Virus record (IMG/VR): IMGVR_UViG_3300013132_000098
Coordinates: 1-39,728 of that record
From: a virus
Taxonomy: Duplodnaviria; Caudoviricetes
Length of the DNA stretch: 39,728 nucleotides
Reading direction: 5' to 3' (one strand)
The notes beneath the pieces are model-generated. The model saw only the letters and a program-made list of their open reading frames with translations, did no database searches and had not been told where the DNA came from. Position numbers and translations under genes: made by a program. Below, piece after piece: positions 16,181-25,454 of this stretch. Numbering within the stretch: position 1 is the first letter of the stretch; the number at the start of each line of letters is the position of its first letter.

Positions 16181-18180
16181 GAGAAAAAGATCATTTTGCA
16201 CTAAAAAATTTTCTTAGTACAAAGATAGGTAATAAGAAATATTACCATTATGAACATCCTACAGATACAAGTTTTAGGTGGGAAGGTGAAGCATGGGATA
16301 AGAATCATGCAAGAAGTAAAGCATTAGATGCATATGAAGATCACAAGGCAGAAAAGAAAATAATGAAAGAAGATATGTATAATCAAAAAGACCATTATGC
16401 CGCCATAGAGGATGTGCATGTAAACTTAGAGAACAGAAATCATGCCTTTGAAGAGTATGGCTATGGACCTCTGAATCCTAGAGAACCTAGCAATGACTTT
16501 TGGAAACAAAAGGCTAAGGTATTCAATACCACTCCAGAAGAAGCAAAGAAGTCTCGCTGCGGAAACTGTGCAGCATTCAATCAATCAAAAGAAGTAATGA
16601 AGCGTATTGCCGCCGGGCTTGGCCCTGTTGGTGATGTTATTGCTGAAAAGGCTGATCTTGGCTTCTGTGAGATGTTCAAGTTCAAGTGTGCTGCGGAAAG
16701 AACATGTGATGCATGGCTTGTCAACGGCCCAATCACTGAAGGCATTTCAGACTATCTTCCATCTGCTGATTCGGTTTATGCATTTGGTAGAAATGTTGCT
16801 GACACTGCTACATTTGGTGGCTACAAGTATGCAAGGGCTGGTGTTGATTATGCTGCAAAAAATGTGTCAGCTAAACTTGGTTATGGCAAAGGTACCACAT
16901 ATGATAAAGAATTAAAGCAGGAAAAAGAAAAACTTGCTAGAGATGATGTAAAGAATCCAAAAGCAGCAGCAGCGGGTGATATTGCTGGTTATGCTGCTCT
17001 TGCTGTCGCGCCTGAAATACCTGCTGTTGGTAAAACAATTGGCTCCGTAATAGGTGCAGGTGAGAAAGCAAGTAAAGTTCCTTATTATGTTGGTCTTGCT
17101 AGAAAAGCAGTCGGCATGGAAGAAGAAATGAATGTGAGTGCTATTGCAGGAACAGGTGATCCAAGATTACCACCAGATCAAAGAGAACCTGGTAGACCTC
17201 CTGAATTTATGCCTATGTTAAGAAGAAAAACACCAAGAGGTAAGTTTGCCGGCTATGAGACATTTATTCTACCTCACTCAACATATCTTTCTCTAAAAGA
17301 AGCGAAAAGAAAACATAAGCACTGGAAAAAATATCTGGAAGAAGATGATTCTTATTACGATATTAGAGAATATGCCATGAAGAAAAATGGACCAATAGTA
17401 GTAGAAGATGAGCGGACTGGAGCATGTATGTTTGTTCGTTACGGTAAACAAGGTCTACATGAAGCATGGACAAACAGAGCAACCCGATCAATGGGTAAAA
17501 TAATAACAAGAGCGGGTGCGAATATAAGTTCACGGTCTACAGAAAAGATCGGTGATTATGACAAAGAACATTCTATTCATACAGAAACGGATAGTTTTGA
17601 ATTCAATAGACCGATTCGTCATTATCATCTCGTTCATAATACAACTGGGCACATTACACACTCTGTAAATGGTCCAGTAAAAAATAATATTCTGTCTGTC
17701 TACAATGCTGGAGCTTCAGAAGAAAACAAAAAGATTGGCACAAAAGTAAAGATGGAAGATTTCTATCATCATCTTCTAAAAAGAGGTGCGCGACATGAAG
17801 CATCAGGCAGTAAAGAACGTAATAGATTTCCAGTTGGTTTAGTAGGCACAAATCATTCCGGTCCTAGTGAGGATGAAGAAGGTGATTACGGCGCACAGAG
17901 AGTCTGGAGAAATCTAGCAAAAAAAGCAAGAATGACTGTTCATGGATTCAAAGGTGGTAAAAAAGGAACAGCAGTAAATCTTGGCAAGGCAGAAGATCCT
18001 ACAGAAACACATGCAGATGCTCACGAATATAACAATTGGTCGGGTCAACCAGCCCGTGGTGCAGATAAAGAAAGAACAGAAATTGGTAAGATGTCATTGG
18101 TTGCTGCTTATGATGCTACAGGTGAAAGACCTAAGAAATCAAGAACTAAAAAGATTACAGTAAATAGAAGAGGAAGATAA
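16174..18180 (+). CDS. Modular late protein (Cys-rich module, Ala/Gly-rich module, possible GNAT-like C-terminal module)
   Basis: RCGNCAAF...FCEMFKFKC...CDAW; modules separated by IMKE, PITE, GMEE and GLHE junctions. Confidence 0.6.
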   Translation: MSREKDHFALKNFLSTKIGNKKYYHYEHPTDTSFRWEGEAWDKNHARSKALDAYEDHKAEKKIMKEDMYNQKDHYAAIEDVHVNLENRNHAFEEYGYGPLNPREPSNDFWKQKAKVFNTTPEEAKKSRCGNCAAFNQSKEVMKRIAAGLGPVGDVIAEKADLGFCEMFKFKCAAERTCDAWLVNGPITEGISDYLPSADSVYAFGRNVADTATFGGYKYARAGVDYAAKNVSAKLGYGKGTTYDKELKQEKEKLARDDVKNPKAAAAGDIAGYAALAVAPEIPAVGKTIGSVIGAGEKASKVPYYVGLARKAVGMEEEMNVSAIAGTGDPRLPPDQREPGRPPEFMPMLRRKTPRGKFAGYETFILPHSTYLSLKEAKRKHKHWKKYLEEDDSYYDIREYAMKKNGPIVVEDERTGACMFVRYGKQGLHEAWTNRATRSMGKIITRAGANISSRSTEKIGDYDKEHSIHTETDSFEFNRPIRHYHLVHNTTGHITHSVNGPVKNNILSVYNAGASEENKKIGTKVKMEDFYHHLLKRGARHEASGSKERNRFPVGLVGTNHSGPSEDEEGDYGAQRVWRNLAKKARMTVHGFKGGKKGTAVNLGKAEDPTETHADAHEYNNWSGQPARGADKERTEIGKMSLVAAYDATGERPKKSRTKKITVNRRGR

Positions 18181-18182
18181 CT

Positions 18183-18977
18183 ATGACAAATTGGCCACTA
18201 CAACGCGACTGTGATTCATTCTATGGTAATCCGCGCGGTAAGAACGCAACTCAACCATCAGCGAAATGGGAATCAGCATATCTTGTCCCATTCAAACCAC
18301 CATTTCGTATCACATATGCTGGTAAGCCAGTATCACAGTTCAAAGTAAACAAGAACTGTCTTGTTGCTTTTCAAGAAGCATTCAACAATCTATTGAAAGC
18401 AGCAGGTGGCAAACAAGCCACTTTAGATCATTGGGGTGTATCTATCTTCGCTGGATGTTATAACTATCGCCTGATGCGTGGCGGTAACAGCCTATCAATG
18501 CACTCATGGGGTTGTGCTATAGACCTTGATCCAGCAAACAATTCTCTTGGTGATCGTACACCTCGCTTCTCTCAGTTCTCGGAAGTGCTTGATGCATGGG
18601 AAAGAACAGGCGCAGTGTGGGGTGGTGACTGGAACGGAAACAAGGATACATTAGACGAGCGCCGTTGCGATGGTATGCACTGGCAGTTTGCGAGACTGAC
18701 AAACAGTCAAACTGCCAAGCCAAACAACAATACAGTCAGACCAGCACAACCAACAATCACTCCTACTATTCCTGCAATTGTGGTTGCTAAAAGAGGCGAC
18801 CAATCACCTTACGTTGCAGATTTACAGAATATGTTAATAAATAAGGGTTCTGCAATCACTGCCGATGGCGATTTTGCCGCTAAAACAGAACAAGCTGTGA
18901 GACAGTTCCAACAAAATAATGGTTTAACAGTGACAGGATCTATCGACACGGATACGCTCAACAAACTAATGGTGTAA
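18183..18977 (+). CDS. Endolysin: peptidase M15 domain plus C-terminal peptidoglycan-binding domain
   Basis: YNYR...SMHSWGCAIDL (SxHxxGxAxD), WGGDW, DGMHWQ; DGDFAAKTEQAVRQFQ..NGL.VTG. Confidence 0.88.
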   Translation: MTNWPLQRDCDSFYGNPRGKNATQPSAKWESAYLVPFKPPFRITYAGKPVSQFKVNKNCLVAFQEAFNNLLKAAGGKQATLDHWGVSIFAGCYNYRLMRGGNSLSMHSWGCAIDLDPANNSLGDRTPRFSQFSEVLDAWERTGAVWGGDWNGNKDTLDERRCDGMHWQFARLTNSQTAKPNNNTVRPAQPTITPTIPAIVVAKRGDQSPYVADLQNMLINKGSAITADGDFAAKTEQAVRQFQQNNGLTVTGSIDTDTLNKLMV

Positions 18978-18979
18978 AT

Positions 18980-19273
18980 ATGGAAGAATCTTGGCTAAAA
19001 CAATATTGGAGACCCGCAATTGCATGGCAATATCTTGCTGTGTGTATATTTGACTTTATTGTCTTTCCGGCAGCATACATGTATTTTACAAAACAACCTT
19101 ATGATCCTATTACATTGAAAGAAGGTGGGTTCTATCACTTGGCTATGGCAGCAATTATTGGTGTGGCCGCATGGACGCGCGGGCAGGAGAAGATTACTCG
19201 TATATTAGAAGGCACAGAAGAAGTATCTACCGAAAAAACAAAGACAACTCAAACATCAGCGAGTAAAAAATGA
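18980..19273 (+). CDS. Holin-like membrane protein
   Basis: WRPAIAW, two hydrophobic segments, AWTRGQEK; directly after the endolysin. Confidence 0.6.
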   Translation: MEESWLKQYWRPAIAWQYLAVCIFDFIVFPAAYMYFTKQPYDPITLKEGGFYHLAMAAIIGVAAWTRGQEKITRILEGTEEVSTEKTKTTQTSASKK

Positions 19274-20154
19274 AAACATTCAGGCAGTTTATAAATGAAG
19301 AAACAAGTGAACAGAAGTTTGCTAGACTACGTGCAGATGCAGCAAAATTAAGAGACACAAATTCTGCTAAGATTGATGCAGGTTTTGAAAAAGTCCAAAG
19401 GGATCTCAATAAACTTGATGCACAAAATCCAAAAAAACCTGCGGAAACAAAAGTTGTCACAAGACCTGAACTTCCTACAGCAGCTGTAAAAAAACCAAAG
19501 TCTTTACCAGATGATGACATTTTTTCTGGTTCTAGACATAGTGATGGTAAGACTGTACAAGTAAGTAATCAACAGACAGTAGTTACACCTGATAAACCAA
19601 TGGTTGGTAAAGATGATGCAGTTAGAAAATTACTGAAGCAGAAAGGGCTTGAAACTAGATCCATTTATCATCCTGATCATGAAATAGCAAAACGTGAGTA
19701 CGGAATTACTTCAAGTAATAAAATTCAAGATAGAGTTCCACAAGAACAACCAGCACCGAATAAACCCGCTGCTGCTGAACCTGCAAAAGTTCAAAGACCA
19801 TTTCCAGATAAAGCACCAGAGAAACAATTTGGTCAAGACACCAAAATGAAACTGTTGAAGTTGAATAGTCGCATTGATAGTAACACCGCAAAGGTAAATA
19901 AACCAGAACCAAAAGTAGGTTCTCTTGCTGTAAAACAGTCTGGATATCCAGCAGCAAAGAAGCCAAATCTTTCTCTTGCTCCTGCTGAATCGCAGAGAGC
20001 ACCTTCTCCACCGACATACAAGATTCAGCCAGGTGATAATCCTACGAAGATTGCAAAGAACTTAGGCATATCATTACAGGATCTAGAAAAGAAAAATCCA
20101 GGTATATTAAAACGTGCTAAGAGATTGAAGATTGGAGGAACGATTAACAGATGA
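19270..20154 (+). CDS. LysM-domain protein with capsid-targeting-like N-terminus
   Basis: YKIQPGDNPTKIAKNLGISLQDLEKKNP...LKIGGTI LysM; MKTFRQFINEE start. Confidence 0.75.
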   Translation: MKTFRQFINEETSEQKFARLRADAAKLRDTNSAKIDAGFEKVQRDLNKLDAQNPKKPAETKVVTRPELPTAAVKKPKSLPDDDIFSGSRHSDGKTVQVSNQQTVVTPDKPMVGKDDAVRKLLKQKGLETRSIYHPDHEIAKREYGITSSNKIQDRVPQEQPAPNKPAAAEPAKVQRPFPDKAPEKQFGQDTKMKLLKLNSRIDSNTAKVNKPEPKVGSLAVKQSGYPAAKKPNLSLAPAESQRAPSPPTYKIQPGDNPTKIAKNLGISLQDLEKKNPGILKRAKRLKIGGTINR

Positions 20155-20603
20155 AGACGTTCAAGCAGTATCTTGAAGAAGCAATGAATGAACCTTACGA
20201 ACATGAATATCATGGTTCTACCGAGAACTCTTCTGGAGGAGTAGATCATCACTATTCATTTAGAGACAAAAAAGCCAAAGCGCGCACACATGTCTACATC
20301 TCTCACTATGAATCAAACACCGGTGAAAAACGCGCTGATATAAACTTCACAGATGAAGAAGGCGACATTGAAGCGACAGGTAAAAGCGGTGCTGGTATGG
20401 CAAACAGAGGTATGGCAACAGTAAAGCATATTGTGCAAAAACATGTTAATAAACATTCTGATATAAAGATGTTGACTTTCAGTGGCGCAAACGACAGAGG
20501 AAGAGGCAGTCTATATGCTCGTATAGCCCGTCTCTTCGGAGGAAAAACTGTTCCTACCAATGCATATTCCAGTAAACATTTTATTCCAGTAAATAGAGGG
20601 TAA
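20151..20603 (+). CDS. Putative internal virion protein, paralog of 6895-7374
   Basis: MKTFKQYLEE start; INF...TG...TVKHIV...LTFSG...RGSLYARI. Confidence 0.55.
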   Translation: MKTFKQYLEEAMNEPYEHEYHGSTENSSGGVDHHYSFRDKKAKARTHVYISHYESNTGEKRADINFTDEEGDIEATGKSGAGMANRGMATVKHIVQKHVNKHSDIKMLTFSGANDRGRGSLYARIARLFGGKTVPTNAYSSKHFIPVNRG

Positions 20604-20607
20604 AACT

Positions 20608-21111
20608 ATGTTAGCAATACTATCACCATTCTTAGGTATCATCGGTAGTCTTCTACCATCTATCGTAAGAATATTTGAACGTAAAGTGGAGTTAAAGCAT
20701 GAAATTGAACTTACAAAGATTAAACTTGATGCAGCCGAACGTCAGGCCGACCTCACTTACAATATTGAAATGGTCAAGAACGATGCTGTCTCACGACAAT
20801 CTGCTCTTGATCATGATAAGTCTCTTGATGGTGGAGTCTTTATTAACGCACTACGCGCTTCTGTTCGCCCAGTAGTCACATATGTTTTCTTCTTTACATT
20901 CCTTGCAGTCAAGATATCTGCTGCATATGTAATGCTTTCGTCTGGGCAGTCAGTTCCTGAGATGTTGAAGGCTGTATGGGATCCAGAGACAATGGCTCTA
21001 TTTTCTACAATCATTGCATTCTGGTTTGGTAGCCGTGTGATTGAAAAGCAAGATAGAAACCCTCTACCTCAGGCTCAGATTACAGTAACGACTACACCTA
21101 AGAAAAAATAA
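20608..21111 (+). CDS. 3TM holin-like protein (GTA holin-like)
   Basis: LRASVRPVVTY and IIAFWFGSR motifs; three hydrophobic segments. Confidence 0.7.
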   Translation: MLAILSPFLGIIGSLLPSIVRIFERKVELKHEIELTKIKLDAAERQADLTYNIEMVKNDAVSRQSALDHDKSLDGGVFINALRASVRPVVTYVFFFTFLAVKISAAYVMLSSGQSVPEMLKAVWDPETMALFSTIIAFWFGSRVIEKQDRNPLPQAQITVTTTPKKK

Positions 21112-21136
21112 ATAGAACAAAAAGGAGTGAAGTGAA

Positions 21137-21613
21137 GTGTCTGAATCAGAAATCAAAGTTGATATTGAATTGTTGAAAAAAGATGTAATCACAATGTCAG
21201 CCTTGCTGGAAAAGTTTGACACTACGATTGACAAGATGCAGGAGATTGCGTCTAATCTTTCTAGAATGGTATCTTTGCAGGAGCAGAGACTTGAAAACCA
21301 AGAAAAGATAACCGCAGAGGTACAGAGTGTTCTGGAAATGAGAAGACAAGAACATAATAACAACATAAAAGAAGTCTATAATCGTATAAATACGGTAAAC
21401 AAAGAACTTACCGACAAGATAGAATACACAGAAAAGGCCATTCTCAAAGAACTGCACAGTCTAAGAGAAGACATCTCCAAGAAGAATGAAGGTTTTGGAA
21501 ATAGATTGGGTCAGATTGAGATGTGGAAATATGGCGTAGTAGCTATTATCGCATTCGTTATGTTCCTAATCGGTAAAAACGCAATCAGCATTAGCAAACT
21601 ATTCGGGCTATAA
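21137..21613 (+). CDS. Coiled-coil protein with C-terminal transmembrane helix
   Basis: Heptad-rich sequence, then WKYGVVAIIAFVMFLIG; GTG start with AGGAG RBS. Confidence 0.65.
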   Translation: MSESEIKVDIELLKKDVITMSALLEKFDTTIDKMQEIASNLSRMVSLQEQRLENQEKITAEVQSVLEMRRQEHNNNIKEVYNRINTVNKELTDKIEYTEKAILKELHSLREDISKKNEGFGNRLGQIEMWKYGVVAIIAFVMFLIGKNAISISKLFGL

Positions 21614-21624
21614 GGAGCAAAACA

Positions 21625-21906
21625 ATGGACATCAAAGAAAGATTTTACGCAAACTTGGCTATCATCCGTGAGCAAATGGCAGGTGTTGATATGCAAGAAG
21701 CGGAACAGTTAGATGAAATCTCTCCAGAAACACTTAGAAGATATATTGACAAAGCGCCAGACAGTGTAAGAACAATGGCCGCCAAAACTGTCGTGGGCGC
21801 TTCAGCAGCAGACGCAAAGGCTTTCTATAAGAAGAATGACGCGAAAGTGAATCGTCGTATGAAATACTTCAAGAAGGCTCTAAGAAAATATGATAGCAAG
21901 AAGTAA
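21625..21906 (+). CDS. Hypothetical late protein
   Basis: AGGAG RBS; QLDEISPETLRRY module. Confidence 0.6.
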   Translation: MDIKERFYANLAIIREQMAGVDMQEAEQLDEISPETLRRYIDKAPDSVRTMAAKTVVGASAADAKAFYKKNDAKVNRRMKYFKKALRKYDSKK

Positions 21907-21934
21907 TTGACTTTCTGAACCACTCTGTTATAAT
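21907..21934 (+). promoter_or_regulatory. Sigma70-like promoter upstream of primase
   Basis: TTGACT-16 nt-TATAAT with extended TGn. Confidence 0.65.
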
Positions 21935-21961
21935 GCCGTCTAAGTACAACTAGGTGGCATT

Positions 21962-23095
21962 ATGTCTTTATACATCGACAAAAAGTTCGTTTCCCTCGTT
22001 TCCACAAAATTGGAACGCTTCAAGCAGAAATCAGAATTTCTGTGGAATTTTCGCTGTCCAATTTGCGGAGATTCCCATAAGAACAAGTTGAAGACGCGCG
22101 GCTATTTCTATCGTCGCAAGTCCGATTTGTATTTCCAATGCCATAACTGCGGCACATCCCTGTCTATTGGTAATTTTCTCAAGACAATTGACCGTTCGCT
22201 ATATCGTGAGTATCAACTTGAACGCTACAAGAATGAATCTTCTGGTAATGTAGCAAAGCCTGACTTCTCATGGGCCAAGACAAAGCCTGTGTTTGAGTCG
22301 AAGACTATCACACAAGAGTCGAAAATCAATCTACCAACAATCGACTCGTTGAAGGAAGATCATGTTGCAAAGCAGTATATGCTGAAGCGCAAGATTCCGC
22401 GTGAACACTTGGATCGTATCTACTATGCCGACAATTTCAAAGCCTTCGTGCTGGAGATGCTTCCTGACTATGAGAAGACATTATATGATGAACCGCGCAT
22501 TGTATTCCCGTTCTATGATCAGGACAAGAAACTGCTTGGCTTTCAAGGGCGCGCATTGAATGATTCCAAAGTCAAGTACATCACAGTCAAGATGGATGAT
22601 GACTTCCAGAAAATCTATGGGCTTGATAGAGTTGATCTGACAAAGAGAGTATATGTGGTTGAAGGTCCAATTGATTCTCTGTTCTTGCAGAATTCACTTG
22701 CAACTATGGACTCCGCCCTGTATAATATATCTCTTTTACTCGGTAATCATGACTATGTGTTTATTCATGACAACGAACCGAGGAATTCTGCTATCGTAAA
22801 GCAGATGGAAAAGACTATCAAGCAAAATAAAAATATTTTTATTTGGCCTCAAGATATAGTGTCCAAAGACATCAATGACTACATCTTGACTGGAGCCACG
22901 CCAAGTGAGATCCAAAGCCTTATAGATAAGAATACGTTCAATGATTTGAGAGCAAAGTTGGAGTTTGAAAGATGGAAAAAAGTGAGAACAGATCCTTCAA
23001 CTCAAAAAGAACATAGACTTATCGCTGAACAAGCAAAACAGATTATTCTTGAGCAATTTCCCTCGCTCAAGGATGTATTAGACAACAACCAATAA
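21962..23095 (+). CDS. 61: DNA primase, T4 gp61-like
   Basis: NFRCPICGDS...FQCHNCG Zn finger; GFQGRAL; VVEGPIDSLF; DNEPRN; KDIND. Confidence 0.93.
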   Translation: MSLYIDKKFVSLVSTKLERFKQKSEFLWNFRCPICGDSHKNKLKTRGYFYRRKSDLYFQCHNCGTSLSIGNFLKTIDRSLYREYQLERYKNESSGNVAKPDFSWAKTKPVFESKTITQESKINLPTIDSLKEDHVAKQYMLKRKIPREHLDRIYYADNFKAFVLEMLPDYEKTLYDEPRIVFPFYDQDKKLLGFQGRALNDSKVKYITVKMDDDFQKIYGLDRVDLTKRVYVVEGPIDSLFLQNSLATMDSALYNISLLLGNHDYVFIHDNEPRNSAIVKQMEKTIKQNKNIFIWPQDIVSKDINDYILTGATPSEIQSLIDKNTFNDLRAKLEFERWKKVRTDPSTQKEHRLIAEQAKQIILEQFPSLKDVLDNNQ

Positions 23096-23114
23096 TAAAA
23101 TAAAGAGGACCATT

Positions 23115-24962
23115 ATGGACATTAGCAGAAATATTCTTTCTGAAATCACTACACATATGAAATATGCCAAGTATGATCCTGTCTTGAAAAGACGCGAGAC
23201 ATGGAATGAAATCATAGACAGAAACAAGAACATGCATATTGAAAAGTTTCCTTCTCTGAAAGAAAATATCGAGGCAGCTTATAAGTTTGTGTATGATAAG
23301 AAGATTCTGCCCTCTATGAGGTCTTTGCAGTTCTCAGGTAAACCCATTGTCATCAACAATACAAGGCTTTATAACTGCTGTTTTCTTCCGGTAGATGATC
23401 CGACTGCGTTCTCGGAAATAATGTTCCTTCTTCTTTCTGGTGTAGGTGTTGGCTACTCAGTTCAAAATGCACACATCGAGAAGTTGCCTTCGATTACCAG
23501 GCCGACAAAGACCAAGAGATATTTGATTGGCGATTCTATTGAAGGTTGGTCTGATGCTGTCAAGATTCTGATGAAAGCGTATTTCACAGGAAAACCTTTG
23601 CCTGTGTTTGACTATTCTGATATTCGTCAAAAGGGCGCCTTATTGATAACTGCTGGCGGAAAAGCACCTGGTCCAGAACCTCTGAAAGATTGCATTCATA
23701 ATATTCAAAAAGTATTGGACAGAAAACAAAGTGGTGAACAACTGACCTCAATAGAAGTCCATGATATCTGCTGCTATATCGCTGATGCTGTTCTTTCTGG
23801 TGGAATCAGAAGGTCGGCAATGATATCACTATTTGATATTGATGATGATGATATGCTGACTTCAAAGTTTGGTAATTGGTGGGAAGAAAATCCACAAAGA
23901 GCAAGAGCCAATAACACAGCAGTTGTTGTTAGACATTTGATCAGTGAAGATGTATTTTTCGAACTGTGGAATAAGATTGAGAAGTCCGGTTCAGGAGAAC
24001 CTGGAATATTTTTTACAAATGATGCAGCTTGGGGATTGAATCCTTGTGCTGAGATATCTCTGCGTCCTTTCCAGTTCTGCAATTTATGCACCATCAATGT
24101 TGGTGAGTTGGAAAACCAAGAAGATTTGAATCAAAGAGCAAGAGCAGCAGCATTTATCGGCACACTTCAAGCATCATACACCAACTTTCATTATCTGCGA
24201 GACATTTGGAAAAAGACAACAGAGAAAGAAGCATTGATTGGCATTTCAATGACTGGTATTGCTTCTGGTGCTGTGTTGAACCTTAATATGAAAGAATCAG
24301 CAAACATAGTCAAGGAAGAAAATGCCAGAGTCGCTGAGTTGCTTGGTATAAAGGCTGCGGCCAGAACAACCACTGTTAAGCCAGAAGGAACATCTTCTCT
24401 TGTTCTTGGAACATCATCAGGCATTCATGCGTGGCATAATGATTATTACACTCGGCGTATTCGTGTAGGCAAAGATGAAGCCATCTATAGGTATTTGAGT
24501 CAGAATCATCCTCAGTTGGTAGAAGATGATTTCTTCAAGCCAAAGCAACAGGCTGTAATTTCTGTTCCTCAAAAAGCACCAGATGGTGCCACAACAAGAA
24601 CAGAGACAGCACTTGATCTGCTCAAACGAGTTGAGATTATTTATGGCAAGTGGATTACTCCTGGTCATAGAAAAGGTGTGAACAAGAACAATGTTTCAAC
24701 CACAATTACTGTCAAGCCACATGAGTGGAAAGAAGTTGGTGAGTGGATGTGGAACAACAAAGAGAAGTTTACAGCACTTTCAGTTCTGCCATACAGCGAT
24801 CATACATATGTTCAGGCACCCTTTGAAGATTGCACGAAAGAAGAATATGAAGAAAAGTTCAAGTTGCTTTCTGATGTTAATCTGATGGATGTCATTGAAG
24901 AAACAGATAACACAAATCTTGCAGATCAAGTCGCTTGTGGTAGAGGAGGCTGTGAGATATAA
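23115..24962 (+). CDS. nrdJ: Class II (adenosylcobalamin-dependent) ribonucleotide reductase
   Basis: LYNC, GGIRRSA, GEPG, LNPCAEISL, TTVKPEGTSSL, C-terminal ACGRGGCEI; no nrdB adjacent. Confidence 0.88.
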   Translation: MDISRNILSEITTHMKYAKYDPVLKRRETWNEIIDRNKNMHIEKFPSLKENIEAAYKFVYDKKILPSMRSLQFSGKPIVINNTRLYNCCFLPVDDPTAFSEIMFLLLSGVGVGYSVQNAHIEKLPSITRPTKTKRYLIGDSIEGWSDAVKILMKAYFTGKPLPVFDYSDIRQKGALLITAGGKAPGPEPLKDCIHNIQKVLDRKQSGEQLTSIEVHDICCYIADAVLSGGIRRSAMISLFDIDDDDMLTSKFGNWWEENPQRARANNTAVVVRHLISEDVFFELWNKIEKSGSGEPGIFFTNDAAWGLNPCAEISLRPFQFCNLCTINVGELENQEDLNQRARAAAFIGTLQASYTNFHYLRDIWKKTTEKEALIGISMTGIASGAVLNLNMKESANIVKEENARVAELLGIKAAARTTTVKPEGTSSLVLGTSSGIHAWHNDYYTRRIRVGKDEAIYRYLSQNHPQLVEDDFFKPKQQAVISVPQKAPDGATTRTETALDLLKRVEIIYGKWITPGHRKGVNKNNVSTTITVKPHEWKEVGEWMWNNKEKFTALSVLPYSDHTYVQAPFEDCTKEEYEEKFKLLSDVNLMDVIEETDNTNLADQVACGRGGCEI

Positions 24963-24973
24963 GGAAGACTCAT

Positions 24974-25138
24974 ATGACAAAAGAAGTAGATAAGATAAAA
25001 TGCAACTACTGTGAGTCAACATACAAAGTGCTTTACGACTATAAAGAGACGCAGGGGCAGCCACGTTTTTGCAGTTTCTGCGGCGAAGAATGTTTTGATG
25101 AAGATGGTGTTGATCTAGAGGAAGATGATAATGAGTGA
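24974..25138 (+). CDS. Small zinc-ribbon protein with acidic tail (54 aa)
   Basis: CNYC...CSFCG, DEDGVDLEEDDNE; AGGA RBS; below the ORF-track cutoff. Confidence 0.7.
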   Translation: MTKEVDKIKCNYCESTYKVLYDYKETQGQPRFCSFCGEECFDEDGVDLEEDDNE

Positions 25139-25433
25139 AGATTACGCAAAGGGTTTCAAAGACGGCTTTGCTGCCGGTCTTGAAGAAGGCAAGAAGTTAG
25201 TGCCGAGAGATACTGTATTTCAACCAGGCATTCTAGGCTTACCAAATACATGTCAGGTATGTGGTAGATTGCAGAATGGTATTCAAGGATATGTATGTTA
25301 TGATCCGCGCTGCTCATCTCGCGTGACATGTGGTGTTGTAACAGGTTCTGATTCGCCGTCATATACTACTGGTACAGGTGCCAACGGACCTGCAGGCGGT
25401 CTTCATGATGGATTAGGCAAGTCTTTCTGGTAA
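25131..25433 (+). CDS. Hypothetical protein
   Basis: GAGG RBS; GF.DGF..G repeat and CxxC. Confidence 0.6.
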   Translation: MSEDYAKGFKDGFAAGLEEGKKLVPRDTVFQPGILGLPNTCQVCGRLQNGIQGYVCYDPRCSSRVTCGVVTGSDSPSYTTGTGANGPAGGLHDGLGKSFW

Positions 25434-25454
25434 CATACATACTCCAAAAGGGGT

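Noticed and set aside
23115-24962. Intein or intron in nrdJ
   Set aside because: The ORF is continuous at normal length with no HINT motifs
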